From Myxococcales bacterium (GTDB lineage: Bacteria; Myxococcota_A; Polyangia; Polyangiales; DASUME01): a DNA stretch of 64,000 nucleotides. Positions 8,936 to 19,340 of this stretch are shown piece by piece (the first letter of the stretch is position 1; every line of letters starts with the position of its first letter). Where the stretch lies: contig JASGJH010000001.1 of assembly GCA_047601445.1 (NCBI GenBank), positions 1,504,001-1,568,000 of the forward strand. The letters run 5' to 3'. The position numbers were made by a program, and so were the translations under genes. The notes beneath the pieces were generated by a model. That model saw only the letters and a program-made list of their open reading frames with translations. It did no database searches and had not been told where the DNA came from.

Positions 8936-10155
8936 GGTTTGATGCCCGTCGAGCCGATCACCCCCTCCACCAAGTACGTCATTTGCTCGAGCGTGGGATC
9001 CGTCTGAGCCAGTGCGGTGCCGGCCGGCACGATGACCTTGCCCGTGTTGTCCTTGAGCTCGCCCTGGAAGATCACGAACGAGCCCGTCATCATTTTGGAT
9101 CGCACGGCCTCTGCAGCGGCCTTGGCCTCGGGCGACACGGCCGGACCATAGGCGGAGCTCTTGACGAAGCCGTCCTTGAGTCCGCCGCGCACGAGGTGGT
9201 CCCACTCCGCGCCCGACTGCAGCTTCTTCACGTAGTCCTGGTAGACCTTGGACCAGTTCCACTCCGCGCCTGTGAGGTACCCCTTGGGTGCCAAGCTGGC
9301 CTGGCTCGTGTGATAGCCGCAGGAGTACACGCCCCGCTTCTCGGCGGTCTGCACCACGACCTTCGGGCTGTCCACGTGCGCCGTGAGCACGTCGACGCCC
9401 TGATCGATGAGGCTGTTGGCCGCCTCGGCCTCCTTGAGCGGCAAGGACCAGTCGCCGGTGAACACCACGGTGGTGGTGATAGTGGGGTCCACCGAACGCG
9501 CGCCGAGCGTGAACGCATTGATGTTCCGCAGCACCTGCGGGATGGGCTTCGCCGCGATGAAGCCGAGCTTTTTGGTCTTGCTGGCGTGACCCGCCACGAT
9601 GCCGTTCAGGTACTCGGCCTCGTCGATGTAGCCGAAGTAGCTACCCACGTTCTTGGGGTGCTTGGCGGCGTCGTAGAGTCCACCACAGTGGAAGAACTTG
9701 ATCTCGGGTTTCTTTTTGGCCACCTCCAACACGTGCGGATCGAAGTATCCGAAGGAGGTGGGGAACAGGACGTTGGCCCCATCGAGGCCCACCATGCTCT
9801 CCATCGTTCGCTGCACGTCGAGGGTCTCGGCGACCTTCTCCTCCTCGAGCACCTTCACGCCGGGCATGCTCGAAAGCGACTTGGCTCCCTCGGAATGCGC
9901 CTGGTTGTAGCCGAAGTCGTCGCGCGGACCGACGTAGATGAAGCCGATGGTCAACGCTTCGTCGGGCTTTTTCTGCGTCGACGCGGACGCCGATGCGGGG
10001 GCAGGCTTGCTGTCACAGCCGATCAGCACGAAGGCCAGCGAAGCCAGCACGAACAAGGTCCCCGCCCGGCCGAGCTTGCCCACTTGCCTGGACCAGGCCG
10101 CGCCTGCGCGCTCGGCAAGAGTTGGACTCGGGGACGATTCGAAGCTTCTCCGCAT
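8932..10155 (-). CDS. BMP-family ABC transporter substrate-binding lipoprotein
   Basis: Lipobox VLIGC; GFIYVGPRDDFGYNQAH, FPTSFGY and NINAFTLGA motifs; true start may lie downstream of 10155. Confidence 0.9.
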   Translation of the reverse strand: MRRSFESSPSPTLAERAGAAWSRQVGKLGRAGTLFVLASLAFVLIGCDSKPAPASASASTQKKPDEALTIGFIYVGPRDDFGYNQAHSEGAKSLSSMPGVKVLEEEKVAETLDVQRTMESMVGLDGANVLFPTSFGYFDPHVLEVAKKKPEIKFFHCGGLYDAAKHPKNVGSYFGYIDEAEYLNGIVAGHASKTKKLGFIAAKPIPQVLRNINAFTLGARSVDPTITTTVVFTGDWSLPLKEAEAANSLIDQGVDVLTAHVDSPKVVVQTAEKRGVYSCGYHTSQASLAPKGYLTGAEWNWSKVYQDYVKKLQSGAEWDHLVRGGLKDGFVKSSAYGPAVSPEAKAAAEAVRSKMMTGSFVIFQGELKDNTGKVIVPAGTALAQTDPTLEQMTYLVEGVIGSTGIKP

Positions 10156-10529
10156 GGCCGTTCCTCACTCGATGGGGCTGGGGTTCGCGCCGCGCGCGAA
10201 CACTCATGAACGGAATCTGCGGACAAAGTCGCACGCTGACCAGTGATAAGATCGGTGCACACCGCTGCATTATCGAGAGCGGTCCGGTAGAACCCTCGCT
10301 TCGTTTCTGACTGATTGCGAGCACTGAGCCTTCGAGAGGACCGGACGTTTCTACTCACGTCGACTGGTCCGCAGCCACGGTCCGCAGCAAGGTATGAGAA
10401 AGGCTGCGAGCGATCTCCGGCCCAAAGCACCCAGGACGACTGCCATGCGGTCGCTCTTCCGGCCTGCCGTAAGCACTGGCTAAAGACGTGCCCCACGACC
10501 TTGACCGTGGCAGGCCATGGATTGCGGCC

Positions 10530-13500
10530 ATGAATCAGCGCGCCCACCACCCTGGCCCGGACAGCTTTCGAGGCGCTCGGCAGCGTGCGACCTCGTTGGC
10601 TTTGCTCGATACCGACGGCCACCGCTATCGCACGCTCTACAACGCCATCGACGAGGGCTTTTGCATCGTGCACGTGCTGTTCGACGGCGACCACTCGGCG
10701 GTGGACTTTCGCTTCCTGGAGGTCAACCCCGCCTTCGAGAAGCAATCGGGGCTGAGCGGCGCCGTCGGGCGCACCATGCGCGAGCTGGTGCCCGACCAGG
10801 AGCAGAACGTCTTCGAGGTGATCGGACGCGTGGCCGACAGCGGGATTCCCGAGCGCTTCGTGCAACACTCGGCCGCGCTGGCGCGCTGGTTCGATGTGTT
10901 CGCGTTTCGGGTGGGCGACGACCGGACCGCGCAGGTGGCCGTGCTGTTCACCGACATCTCGCTGCGCAAGCGCTCCGAGGTCGCGATGCGCGAGCGCGAG
11001 GAGTCCTTTCGAGCCCTGGCCGATGCCTCGCCCGCCATGATCTGGATCACCGACCGCGCAGCGCGCTGCACGTTCGTCTCGCGCGTGTGGTCCGAGTTCA
11101 CGGGCCTGAGCCGCAACGAAAGTCTGGGCGAGGGCTGGCTGTCCGCGCTGCACCCCGAGGACAAGGAGCCATCCGCCAGGGCCTTTACGGAGGCCAACGC
11201 GCAAGAGCGACCGCTCGAAATGGAGTACCGGCTACGCCGCAGGAAGGACGGCAGCTACCGCTGGTGCATCGCCCGCGGACGGCCGCGCTACAGCGCCTCC
11301 GGAGACTACATCGGCTATGTGGGACTGGTGCTCGACGTCACCGAGCGCACGCTGGCCGAGCGCGCCCTGCGTGACGCCCAGACGCGTCTCGAGGCCACCC
11401 TGGAGGCCGGCGAGGTCGCCACCTGGACCTGGGACATCCCAGGCGATCGCGTGTATGCAGACCGCAACCTGGCCCATCTCTTCGACGTGACCCCGGAAGA
11501 AGCCTCCGGTGGGCCCCTCGAAGCCTACATGCGCGCGGTCCATCCCGCCGATCGGGAACGCGTGCGCGCCAGTGTTCATGCGGCCGCCGCCCAGGGCCTG
11601 TACTTCGAGGAAGCCTACCGCGTTCGCAACGCGGACCACCAATACCGCTCGGTGGTGGCGCGCGGACGCGTGGAATGCGCTCCGGACGGCACCCCCGCGT
11701 TGCTGCCCGGGGTCATCCTCGACGTCACGCGCCAGGAGAACGTGGAGGCGCAGCTGCAGGCCAGCGAGCAGCGCTACCGCAACCTGTTCAACACCATCGA
11801 CGAGGGCTTCTGCGTGCTCGAGAAGGTGGAGGCTCCTGCGGGCGCCCCGCTGGACTTCCGCTATGTGGAGGCCAACCCCGCGTTGGCCTCCCACTCTGGA
11901 CTCGGCAACGTGCTCGGGAAGACACTGCGCGAGGTGTTCGGGGACGACACCGACAACTGGTCGCCCACCTACGACGCGGTGCTGACCACGGGCACCTCCG
12001 TGCGCTTCGAGCGGGAACTGTCAGGCCTGGACCGCGTGCTCGAGGTCTACGCATTCCGTGTACAAGACGAATCGCGACGCCGCGTGGGCGTGATTTTCAA
12101 GGACATCAGCGCACGCAAGCACGCTGAGCGCGAGCTGCGCGTGAGCGAGGAGCGCTTTCGCACGCTCGTGGGTCAGGTCAAAGACTACGCCATCTTCCGT
12201 ACCGATTGCGAAGGTCGGGCGACCAGCTGGAACGAAGGCGTGCGGCGCGTCTTGGGCTTCGAAGAGCAAGAGTTCCTGGGCGTCGACGTAGCTGCCCGGA
12301 TCTACATGCCCGCCGACTTCGAGAACGAGGTGCACCGGCAGGAGCTCCATGATGCGGTGTTGAACGACGCCGCCGACAACGGACGCTGGATGCGCAAAAA
12401 AGACGGGCGCCGCTTCTGGGCGGTGGGCGCCACCACCGCCCTGCGCGACGAAGACGGCACGTTGATCGGCTTCACCAAGGTGCTGCGCGATCAGACCGAA
12501 GCCCACAACAGCGCCAACACCACGCGCTTTCTGGCGGACGCCAGCGCTGCGCTGGTGGAGCTGGTGGACTATCGCAGCACGTTGCAGCGCATCGCCAACC
12601 TGGCGGTGGGGGGCTTCGCCGATTGGTGCCTCGTGGACATCGTGGACGCCGAAGGCCAGCGCAGGATCGCCGGTGCGCGGCCCACCGAGGAGCGCGGCTC
12701 GGGCAAACGACACGACGAGGACTGGCCGGCGAGCGAGCACGACGTCGCGCGTCTGTCCCAGGTTTTGCACACCGGCCGGTCGGAGCTCGTGCCCAATGTG
12801 GCGCACGCCAAGCAGACCACCAGCGCGTTCCATGCCGAGTATCTGGGCGCCCTGGAAGCCCACGGCGTGGTCTCCTACATCTGTGCACCCTTCCTGGCGC
12901 GTGGTCAGGTCCTCGGCAGCATCTCCTTCCTGTCCGACGGCTCGGGCCGCCACTACAACCTGCACGACCTGCGGGCCGCCGAGGACCTCGCCGCACGCAT
13001 CTCGGTGGCCCTCGAGAACGCGCGCCTCTATCAGGCAATGCAGGAGTCCGATCGCCGCAAGGACGAGTTTCTGGCCACGTTGGCCCACGAGCTCCGCAAT
13101 CCGCTGGCCCCCGTGCGCACCGGCCTCCACGTCTTGCAGATGCCCCAGGCGAGTCCACACAGCTGCGCCCGCGCGCTGCAGATGATGGATCGTCAGCTCT
13201 CGCACATGGTCCGGCTCATCGACGACCTGCTCGACATCTCGCGCGTGAGCCGTGGCAAGGTCGCGTTGCGCAGGGAGCGAGTCAAGTTGCAGGACGTGAT
13301 AGAGAACGCCATCGAGACCAGCCGTCCGGCCATCGACGCCGCGCACCACGTCTTCGCTGTGACCACGCCCACTGAACCCATCTGGCTGGACGCGGACCTC
13401 ACGCGCCTGGCCCAGGTCTTGAGCAACATCCTCACCAACGCCGCCAAATACACCCCGGAAGCGGGCTCCATCACGCTGGACGCGCGCGTCGAGCGCGGCG

Positions 13501-14213
13501 CAACCGCGGGGCCGAACGAGAGCGCCGAGTGGGCCGTCGTGTCGGTGTCCGATAGCGGGGTCGGACTGCCCCGCGAAATGCTTGGGCAGGTGTTCGAGAT
13601 GTTCGCGCAGGTCAACAAGACTCTCGACCGCGCGCAGGGCGGCCTCGGAATCGGTCTCGCGCTGGCCAAACGGCTGGTGGAAATGCACGGCGGGACCATC
13701 CGCGCCGACAGTCCCGGCGTGGGCCAGGGCAGCACGTTCACGCTGCGTTTGCCCATGATCGCGCGTCACGTGGTCGACGTTCGCCCCGGCGAGGCCGCTC
13801 CCCGGGAGGAAACCGGCGAGCAGCGCCGCATCCTGGTCGTCGACGACAATCAAGACGGAGCCGAGGCCCTGGCCCTGATGCTGGAGCTCTCGGGACACCA
13901 GACGGAGCTGGCCTTCGACGGATTACGCGCCCTGGAGACGGCACGCCGCTACGTCCCCGACGTGGTCTTCCTCGATATCGGCCTGCCCCAGCTCAGCGGC
14001 TACGACGTCGCGCGCAAGATCCGCTTGGACCCCCAACTCCGGGACGCCGTGCTGGTGGCCCTCACCGGCTGGGGGAGCGAAGACGACAAACGCCGTTCCC
14101 AAGACGCGGGCTTCGATTTCCATCTGACCAAGCCCGTGGACGCCGCCGCCGTGGAGAACGTGCTGCTGCAGACAGTCCACCACGCGCGCCCGCCGAAGCC
14201 CCCATCCCCTTGA
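10530..14213 (+). CDS. Hybrid sensor histidine kinase (about 5 PAS, GAF, HisKA, HATPase, REC)
   Basis: H-box FLATLAHELRNPL, N-box NILTNAAKY, DSGVG, GGLGIGL; REC ILVVDDN...FLDIGLP; repeated PAS/PAC motifs. Confidence 0.93.
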   Translation: MNQRAHHPGPDSFRGARQRATSLALLDTDGHRYRTLYNAIDEGFCIVHVLFDGDHSAVDFRFLEVNPAFEKQSGLSGAVGRTMRELVPDQEQNVFEVIGRVADSGIPERFVQHSAALARWFDVFAFRVGDDRTAQVAVLFTDISLRKRSEVAMREREESFRALADASPAMIWITDRAARCTFVSRVWSEFTGLSRNESLGEGWLSALHPEDKEPSARAFTEANAQERPLEMEYRLRRRKDGSYRWCIARGRPRYSASGDYIGYVGLVLDVTERTLAERALRDAQTRLEATLEAGEVATWTWDIPGDRVYADRNLAHLFDVTPEEASGGPLEAYMRAVHPADRERVRASVHAAAAQGLYFEEAYRVRNADHQYRSVVARGRVECAPDGTPALLPGVILDVTRQENVEAQLQASEQRYRNLFNTIDEGFCVLEKVEAPAGAPLDFRYVEANPALASHSGLGNVLGKTLREVFGDDTDNWSPTYDAVLTTGTSVRFERELSGLDRVLEVYAFRVQDESRRRVGVIFKDISARKHAERELRVSEERFRTLVGQVKDYAIFRTDCEGRATSWNEGVRRVLGFEEQEFLGVDVAARIYMPADFENEVHRQELHDAVLNDAADNGRWMRKKDGRRFWAVGATTALRDEDGTLIGFTKVLRDQTEAHNSANTTRFLADASAALVELVDYRSTLQRIANLAVGGFADWCLVDIVDAEGQRRIAGARPTEERGSGKRHDEDWPASEHDVARLSQVLHTGRSELVPNVAHAKQTTSAFHAEYLGALEAHGVVSYICAPFLARGQVLGSISFLSDGSGRHYNLHDLRAAEDLAARISVALENARLYQAMQESDRRKDEFLATLAHELRNPLAPVRTGLHVLQMPQASPHSCARALQMMDRQLSHMVRLIDDLLDISRVSRGKVALRRERVKLQDVIENAIETSRPAIDAAHHVFAVTTPTEPIWLDADLTRLAQVLSNILTNAAKYTPEAGSITLDARVERGATAGPNESAEWAVVSVSDSGVGLPREMLGQVFEMFAQVNKTLDRAQGGLGIGLALAKRLVEMHGGTIRADSPGVGQGSTFTLRLPMIARHVVDVRPGEAAPREETGEQRRILVVDDNQDGAEALALMLELSGHQTELAFDGLRALETARRYVPDVVFLDIGLPQLSGYDVARKIRLDPQLRDAVLVALTGWGSEDDKRRSQDAGFDFHLTKPVDAAAVENVLLQTVHHARPPKPPSP

Positions 14214-14422
14214 TGAGGCGCTCCTGATTGCGACTCGCGGAGTGCAGCGGCGCCGTCCCCATGCGGCGAGCTGACAGGTGAACAGGCAGTGCTTTGCACC
14301 ACCCGTGCAGCGAGTGTTGCAGTGGTGTTTGCTGACAGGTCTGTCTTACCCTTCTCATCAGGCTCGCAAGCCATGCCCCTTCGCGTAGCCGGTGCAGCCT
14401 CCCCCACAGCAGGTGCGTGCTC

Positions 14423-15679
14423 ATGTCTGATTCGGCCTATCGTCAGCCCACTATCACCTCTGAAATGGTCCTTTCCGAGGTGAACAACGAGGAACAGCGG
14501 ACGAACGAGTTTTTGGCCATGTTGGCCCACGAGCTGCGCAACCCACTCGCGCCTCTGCGCAGCGGCCTCGAGGTCCTGAAGGGCGGCACAGCCGAGCCCG
14601 AGTTCTACAAAACGTTGTGGGTCATGGAGCGGCAGCTGACCAACTTGGTGAAGCTAGTGGACGACCTACTAGACGTGTCGCGCATCAGAGTTGGCAAGGT
14701 CGCGCTGCGACTGGAGGAGCTACCCCTTGAGAGCGTGCTGAAGAGCGCCCTCGAGACCAGCAAGCCCGCAATGGATGCGGCCCACCATCACCTCAGCGTC
14801 TCGCTGCCCAACCAGCCCATCTACGTGCGTGGCGACGCCACCCGACTCAGTCAGATCTTCGCCAACCTGCTCGACAACGCCGCCAAGTACACACCCGAGC
14901 GCGGCCGCATTCGCCTGCATGCCGAGCGCGTCGATCGAAACGTGGTGATCCGCGTGGAAGACAACGGCGTCGGCATCGAGCCCGCCTTCTTGCCCCGTGT
15001 GTTCGATCTGTTCTCCCAACAAGCCGGCACGCTGCATCGCACCCAGGGCGGACTCGGCCTGGGCCTCACGTTGGCCCAGCGCCTGGTGGAGATGCACGGC
15101 GGCACCATCCGCGCAGAGAGCAAGGGCCCGGGGGCTGGCTCGAGCTTCGTGGTGGTCTTTCCGCTCGCCATGCCGGCGGTCTCGGGGATCCAGCAAGCAG
15201 TGCGCGTCGACGGCGAGAGCGCCACGCGCGCGCGCGTGCTGATCGTGGACGACAACGAAGATGCCGCCGAGATGCTCCAGCTCCTGCTCGATCGGTTGGG
15301 CTATGACTGCCAGCTCGCATGGTCGGGTGACGCGGCGTTGGTGCTGGCCGAGACCTTCAAGCCACAAGTGGTCCTCCTGGACATCGGTCTGCCAGGCATG
15401 AGCGGATACGAAGTGGCCGGGCGTCTCCGTTCGCAGCTGGGGTCTCAGGTTTCTCTGGTCGCGGTCACGGGCTGGGGCAGCGAGGACGATCGCCGCCGTG
15501 CCTTCCAGGCAGGTTTCGACGACCACATGACCAAGCCCGTCGAGAGTAGCCAGCTGATCACCACGCTGACCAAGCTGCTGGCCGGCGACAGCGGGCGGTC
15601 GCAGCGCAATCCGCTGCCGGAGCTCAAATCAGGGATCATCCTGCTGCACCCCAAGGCCCGCGCCGAGCTGTCGGGCTAA
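14423..15679 (+). CDS. Hybrid histidine kinase-receiver with no recognisable input domain
   Basis: FLAMLAHELRNPL about 30 aa from the start; NLLDNAAKY, DNGVG, GGLGLGL; REC VLIVDDN...LLDIGLP. Confidence 0.9.
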   Translation: MSDSAYRQPTITSEMVLSEVNNEEQRTNEFLAMLAHELRNPLAPLRSGLEVLKGGTAEPEFYKTLWVMERQLTNLVKLVDDLLDVSRIRVGKVALRLEELPLESVLKSALETSKPAMDAAHHHLSVSLPNQPIYVRGDATRLSQIFANLLDNAAKYTPERGRIRLHAERVDRNVVIRVEDNGVGIEPAFLPRVFDLFSQQAGTLHRTQGGLGLGLTLAQRLVEMHGGTIRAESKGPGAGSSFVVVFPLAMPAVSGIQQAVRVDGESATRARVLIVDDNEDAAEMLQLLLDRLGYDCQLAWSGDAALVLAETFKPQVVLLDIGLPGMSGYEVAGRLRSQLGSQVSLVAVTGWGSEDDRRRAFQAGFDDHMTKPVESSQLITTLTKLLAGDSGRSQRNPLPELKSGIILLHPKARAELSG

Positions 15680-15705
15680 GCAAGCGGGGCAGCCTTCCCT
15701 TCGCA

Positions 15706-17733
15706 CTACAGCGCGTCGAGCAGCTCGCGGGCCAGGGCCACCAGCGCCTCGGGGCGATAGGGCTTCTGGAGGTAGCGCAGGCGCGAATGTTCGAGGAGAT
15801 CGCTGCGAATGGACTCTGCAGTGTATCCGCTCACGTAGATCACGGGAAGCTCGGGCGCATCGGACCACAATCGGTGGGTCAGCTCGCGACCACTCACGCC
15901 GCGCGGCATCACCAGGTCGGTGACCAAGAGATTGATCTTGCCGGCGTGTGTCTGCCAGACCTCGAGCGCCCGGCGACCGTCGCATGCGGTGAGGGTGCGG
16001 TAACCGTGTTCCTGGAGCACGGCCTCGAGCATCATGGCCACGGTGGCTTCATCCTCCACCACCAGGATGGTCTCAGAGCCGCCGTAACGTACCTGGGAGC
16101 TTGTCTCGTGTGTGGCCATCGGAGCAGCGGGTAAGGTCGTGTTCGGGAAATATAGGCGGAACGTGGTGCCCTTGCCGAGTTCGGTGTGCACATCGACGAA
16201 GCCCTGGTGCTGTTTGAGAATGCTGTAGACGGTGGCGAGACCGAGGCCGGTCCCCTTCCCTACGTCCTTGGTGGTGAAGAACGGCTCGAAGATCCGCGGC
16301 AAGACCTGCGAGGAGATGCCCGTACCGCTGTCCGCCACCGCCAGGCACACGAAATCGCCGATATGGCTACCGGGATGCTGCGCGACGTAGTCGGTTCCGA
16401 CGTGCACCAGCGCGGTACGCACCTGGATGCACCCGCCACTGGGCGTGGCGTCGCGTGCGTTGATCACCAGGTTCATCAAGACCTGCTCGAGCATGCCCAA
16501 ATCGGCCCGCACCGAGGGCAGCGCACGCGCCATCTGCAGGTCGAGCTCGATGGCCTCTCCTACCAGACGCTCGAGTAGCGGGACCAGCCTGGACAACACC
16601 TCGTTGACGTCGAGGGTCGTCATCTGCATGACTTGCTGGCGCGTCATCATCAGGAGCTGCCCCGTGAGGCGCGCCGCGCGATCCGCGGCCAGGCCGATCT
16701 GCTCGAGCGCTTCGCGGCCCTTGGGCGAGACCTCGGGCAGGCCGAGCAAGCGTCCAGTCTGCCCCTGGATCACCGTGAGGATGTTGTTGAAGTCATGGGC
16801 CAGGCCCGCTGCGAGTTGACCGATACTCTCCGTGCGCTGGATTTCCCGCAGGCGCTCCTCGAGCTGCTTGCGCGCCGTGACGTCGATCCCCATACCGATT
16901 AGGCCTGGTTGCCCGTCCACCTCCACGAGGCGCCCCGTGAAGTAGTAGTCGATGCTGCGGCCATCCTTGGTCACCATGGGAGCTTCGGCGTCGGAGACTC
17001 CGGCGGTGAAGGTCTCGGCGATGCGCTCTGCGATCAGGTCCTTGTCGCTGCCGCGGAACAGGTCGAGCGGATGCAGCTTGGCGAACTCTTCGTGGGAATA
17101 GCCCGAAATCTTCTCGAAGTTCTCGTTCCAGCGCAGGAAGCGTCCCGACGTGTCGAACAAGTAGAACACGCCGGGTGCGCTGTTGATGATGGTCTCCGAG
17201 AGATTGCGCTCGTGGAGCAACTCGCGGGTGCGCTCGGCATTCTCCCGTCGCTCCTGGTCCCAGGCGCGACGCACTCGACGCAGCTCGAGCTGGGCCGTGA
17301 ACTGGCGGCCGATCACCCTCAGGGCGCTCACCTGTCGCGGTGCGAGTCGGATCGGCTGCGGCGCAAGCAGCAACAACGCCCCCAGTGTGAATCCTTCCGC
17401 GCTCACCACGGGCACCCCCGCGCAGGCTCGGTGAGCACCGGGCCTGAAGGCCTCCTTGAGGAACTGCTCTTGGCACACGAACACGTCTTGCTGTTGCAGC
17501 AGGAAGCTGCGCAGCTCTCCGTGGCTACCCAGCTCGCCCTGGAGCGCCCCCGCCGCGGACTTGGTGCGCAGTCCGTGCGCGTCGGCCAGTACGAACAACG
17601 CGGCGTCGGCTGCACAGATCTCCAGGGCCAGCGACGTCAGGTCGTCGAAGGCGGGCTCGGGCGTTGTATCGAGGATGCCGTAGCCAGCCAGCACCTCGAG
17701 TCGTTGACGTTCGGACGGGGACGTTGGAACCAC
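15706..17733 (-). CDS. Hybrid sensor kinase (GAF, PAS, HisKA, HATPase, REC; CckA-like transmitter)
   Basis: N-terminal [63 protein letters not shown]. Confidence 0.92.
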   Translation of the reverse strand: MVPTSPSERQRLEVLAGYGILDTTPEPAFDDLTSLALEICAADAALFVLADAHGLRTKSAAGALQGELGSHGELRSFLLQQQDVFVCQEQFLKEAFRPGAHRACAGVPVVSAEGFTLGALLLLAPQPIRLAPRQVSALRVIGRQFTAQLELRRVRRAWDQERRENAERTRELLHERNLSETIINSAPGVFYLFDTSGRFLRWNENFEKISGYSHEEFAKLHPLDLFRGSDKDLIAERIAETFTAGVSDAEAPMVTKDGRSIDYYFTGRLVEVDGQPGLIGMGIDVTARKQLEERLREIQRTESIGQLAAGLAHDFNNILTVIQGQTGRLLGLPEVSPKGREALEQIGLAADRAARLTGQLLMMTRQQVMQMTTLDVNEVLSRLVPLLERLVGEAIELDLQMARALPSVRADLGMLEQVLMNLVINARDATPSGGCIQVRTALVHVGTDYVAQHPGSHIGDFVCLAVADSGTGISSQVLPRIFEPFFTTKDVGKGTGLGLATVYSILKQHQGFVDVHTELGKGTTFRLYFPNTTLPAAPMATHETSSQVRYGGSETILVVEDEATVAMMLEAVLQEHGYRTLTACDGRRALEVWQTHAGKINLLVTDLVMPRGVSGRELTHRLWSDAPELPVIYVSGYTAESIRSDLLEHSRLRYLQKPYRPEALVALARELLDAL

Positions 17734-18197
17734 GAGTCGCTGCCTTGGGGACGAGTGCCTCTCTCGCCCCTCTCCATTCGAACACTGACCCTACCGCAGG
17801 ACGCAGCCGAAACAACGTCGCACACACTGGCACGCGGCGGGGAGACCACGCTGGGAGAGCGGGCCGCTGTTGGACCAGCCTCTGGATTCGGGCCTTCTTC
17901 GCGCGCACTGGGCCGCACGATCACTACGTTTACGCGCCTGCGAAACCTGCTCGACGCTGCGCCCGCGGAGCGGTCTGCCGGCCCTTCCGCAGCGGACTTC
18001 CCTGGACCCGAGGACGCCCCGACCGCGGGACTGCGTGAGTAAGGCCACGATCAGCGCCCTGCTCCATACGGGCGTGAGGAGGTTGCGCAAGTCTTGCACG
18101 AGGCAGCCACGCGTTTGTCGCAATGGCCGCACGGCCCCTGAACACGCCGCCGCTAGGGTTCGGGTATGCCCCTCTCGAAGCACCCGAAGCGCGCCCC

Positions 18198-18674
18198 ATG
18201 AAGCTACCGACGCTCCCCAGGCTCGCGCCCTGGCGCAGCCGGCTCGGACTCGCCTTGGCCATCCTGTTACTCGAGATCCACATCGCCCTGCACTGGCACG
18301 ACGCCTGGGTGCGTCCCTTCGGCGGCGATACCTTGGCGGTCGCGTTCCTTCACATGCTCGCGCGCGGCCTGTGGCCGCTGCCCGTGCGGGGCACGGCGCT
18401 CGGCTCCTTCGCGCTGGCCTGTGGCGTCGAGTTCGCCCAGTACCTGCACGTGGTCGATCGGCTCGGGCTCGCGCAGCATCGCCTGGCGCGCACCGTGATA
18501 GGCACCAGCTTCCACCCCGGAGATCTCGTCGCCTACGCGCTCGGCGCCCTGCTCGCCGTGGGCTGCGAACACTGGCTAGACCGTCGGGCGTTGCGGCTTG
18601 GCGCTCGCGCACGCGAGCCAGGGAATGTCGCGAGAACCTCCGCGCGTGGGGCTAATCCGCGCCTTCTGCGCTGA
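18198..18674 (+). CDS. DUF2809-like membrane protein
   Basis: VRPFGGDTL, VEFAQY and IGTSFHPGDLVAY motifs; four hydrophobic segments; start could be 18123. Confidence 0.7.
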   Translation: MKLPTLPRLAPWRSRLGLALAILLLEIHIALHWHDAWVRPFGGDTLAVAFLHMLARGLWPLPVRGTALGSFALACGVEFAQYLHVVDRLGLAQHRLARTVIGTSFHPGDLVAYALGALLAVGCEHWLDRRALRLGARAREPGNVARTSARGANPRLLR

Positions 18675-19218
18675 GCTCGTCGCCTTGATCCCTGCGCTTC
18701 ACCTGCGCCGGCACTCCCGCAACGAATGCGCCGGCCGGCACGTCCGTGAGCACGACGGCGTTGGCACCGATGATCGCCCGGTCTCCGATCTGCACGCCGC
18801 CCAAGATCTTGGCGCCGCTCCCGACCTCCACGTTGCCGCCGATGCGCGGCAAGCCGGGAACCGATCCTGTGCCGATGGTGACTTGCTGGAACAGCAAGCA
18901 GTTGGGCCCCACGCGCGCGTCCGGATGCACCACGATGCCGTTCGGATGCGGCATCAGGAGCCCGCCGCCGAGGCTCGAGTTGAGCGGGATATCGGCGCCA
19001 GCGATCAGCGACCAGAAGCGATGACGCAGGACGGCCCAGCGTGCGCGCATACGCCAGCCCGGCGCGCGTGTCTGATGGGCCTCCTGATACTCTCGCAGCG
19101 CGCGCAGGAGCTGACGTGACGGCTGCCACGTCAGGGGACGGCAAGCCTCGCGAGTCCAATCCGGCTCCTCGGCCGAGATCGCAAGGTTCGTCAAAGGATC
19201 CACGCGTACGACGGTCAT
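18652..19218 (-). CDS. Serine acetyltransferase-like hexapeptide-repeat acyltransferase
   Basis: GGGLLMPHPNGIVVH, QQVTIG, GSGAKILG and IGANAVV...AGVPA left-handed beta-helix motifs; GAAGG just upstream of the ATG. Confidence 0.85.
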   Translation of the reverse strand: MTVVRVDPLTNLAISAEEPDWTREACRPLTWQPSRQLLRALREYQEAHQTRAPGWRMRARWAVLRHRFWSLIAGADIPLNSSLGGGLLMPHPNGIVVHPDARVGPNCLLFQQVTIGTGSVPGLPRIGGNVEVGSGAKILGGVQIGDRAIIGANAVVLTDVPAGAFVAGVPAQVKRRDQGDELSAEGAD

Positions 19219-19340
19219 GCCTTCAAGATACGGTCCTCGCGCCACATTCCAATGTGTCGAAGTGTGAACTCGAGCGGAAGAAGGGAGTCGCTGTTCCCGA
19301 GTGCCATTTCCGCGCATAGTGTGTTGAAGGTTTCCTGCGC

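Noticed and set aside
10268..10325. Purine-riboswitch-like TTCTACC word upstream of the BMP operon (minus strand)
   Set aside because: It lacks the TATAA junction, the loop-loop kissing sequences and a P1 stem; it folds as a simple hairpin
17880..18042. Possible gene remnant ending ...FPGPEDAPTAGLRE-stop
   Set aside because: No start codon, RBS or recognisable motif; indistinguishable from a chance frame
18652..19218. Assignment as cysE
   Set aside because: It lacks the N-terminal helical SATase domain of CysE and is more like a polysaccharide-type acetyltransferase; the 23-bp convergent overlap with the DUF2809 gene is unremarkable
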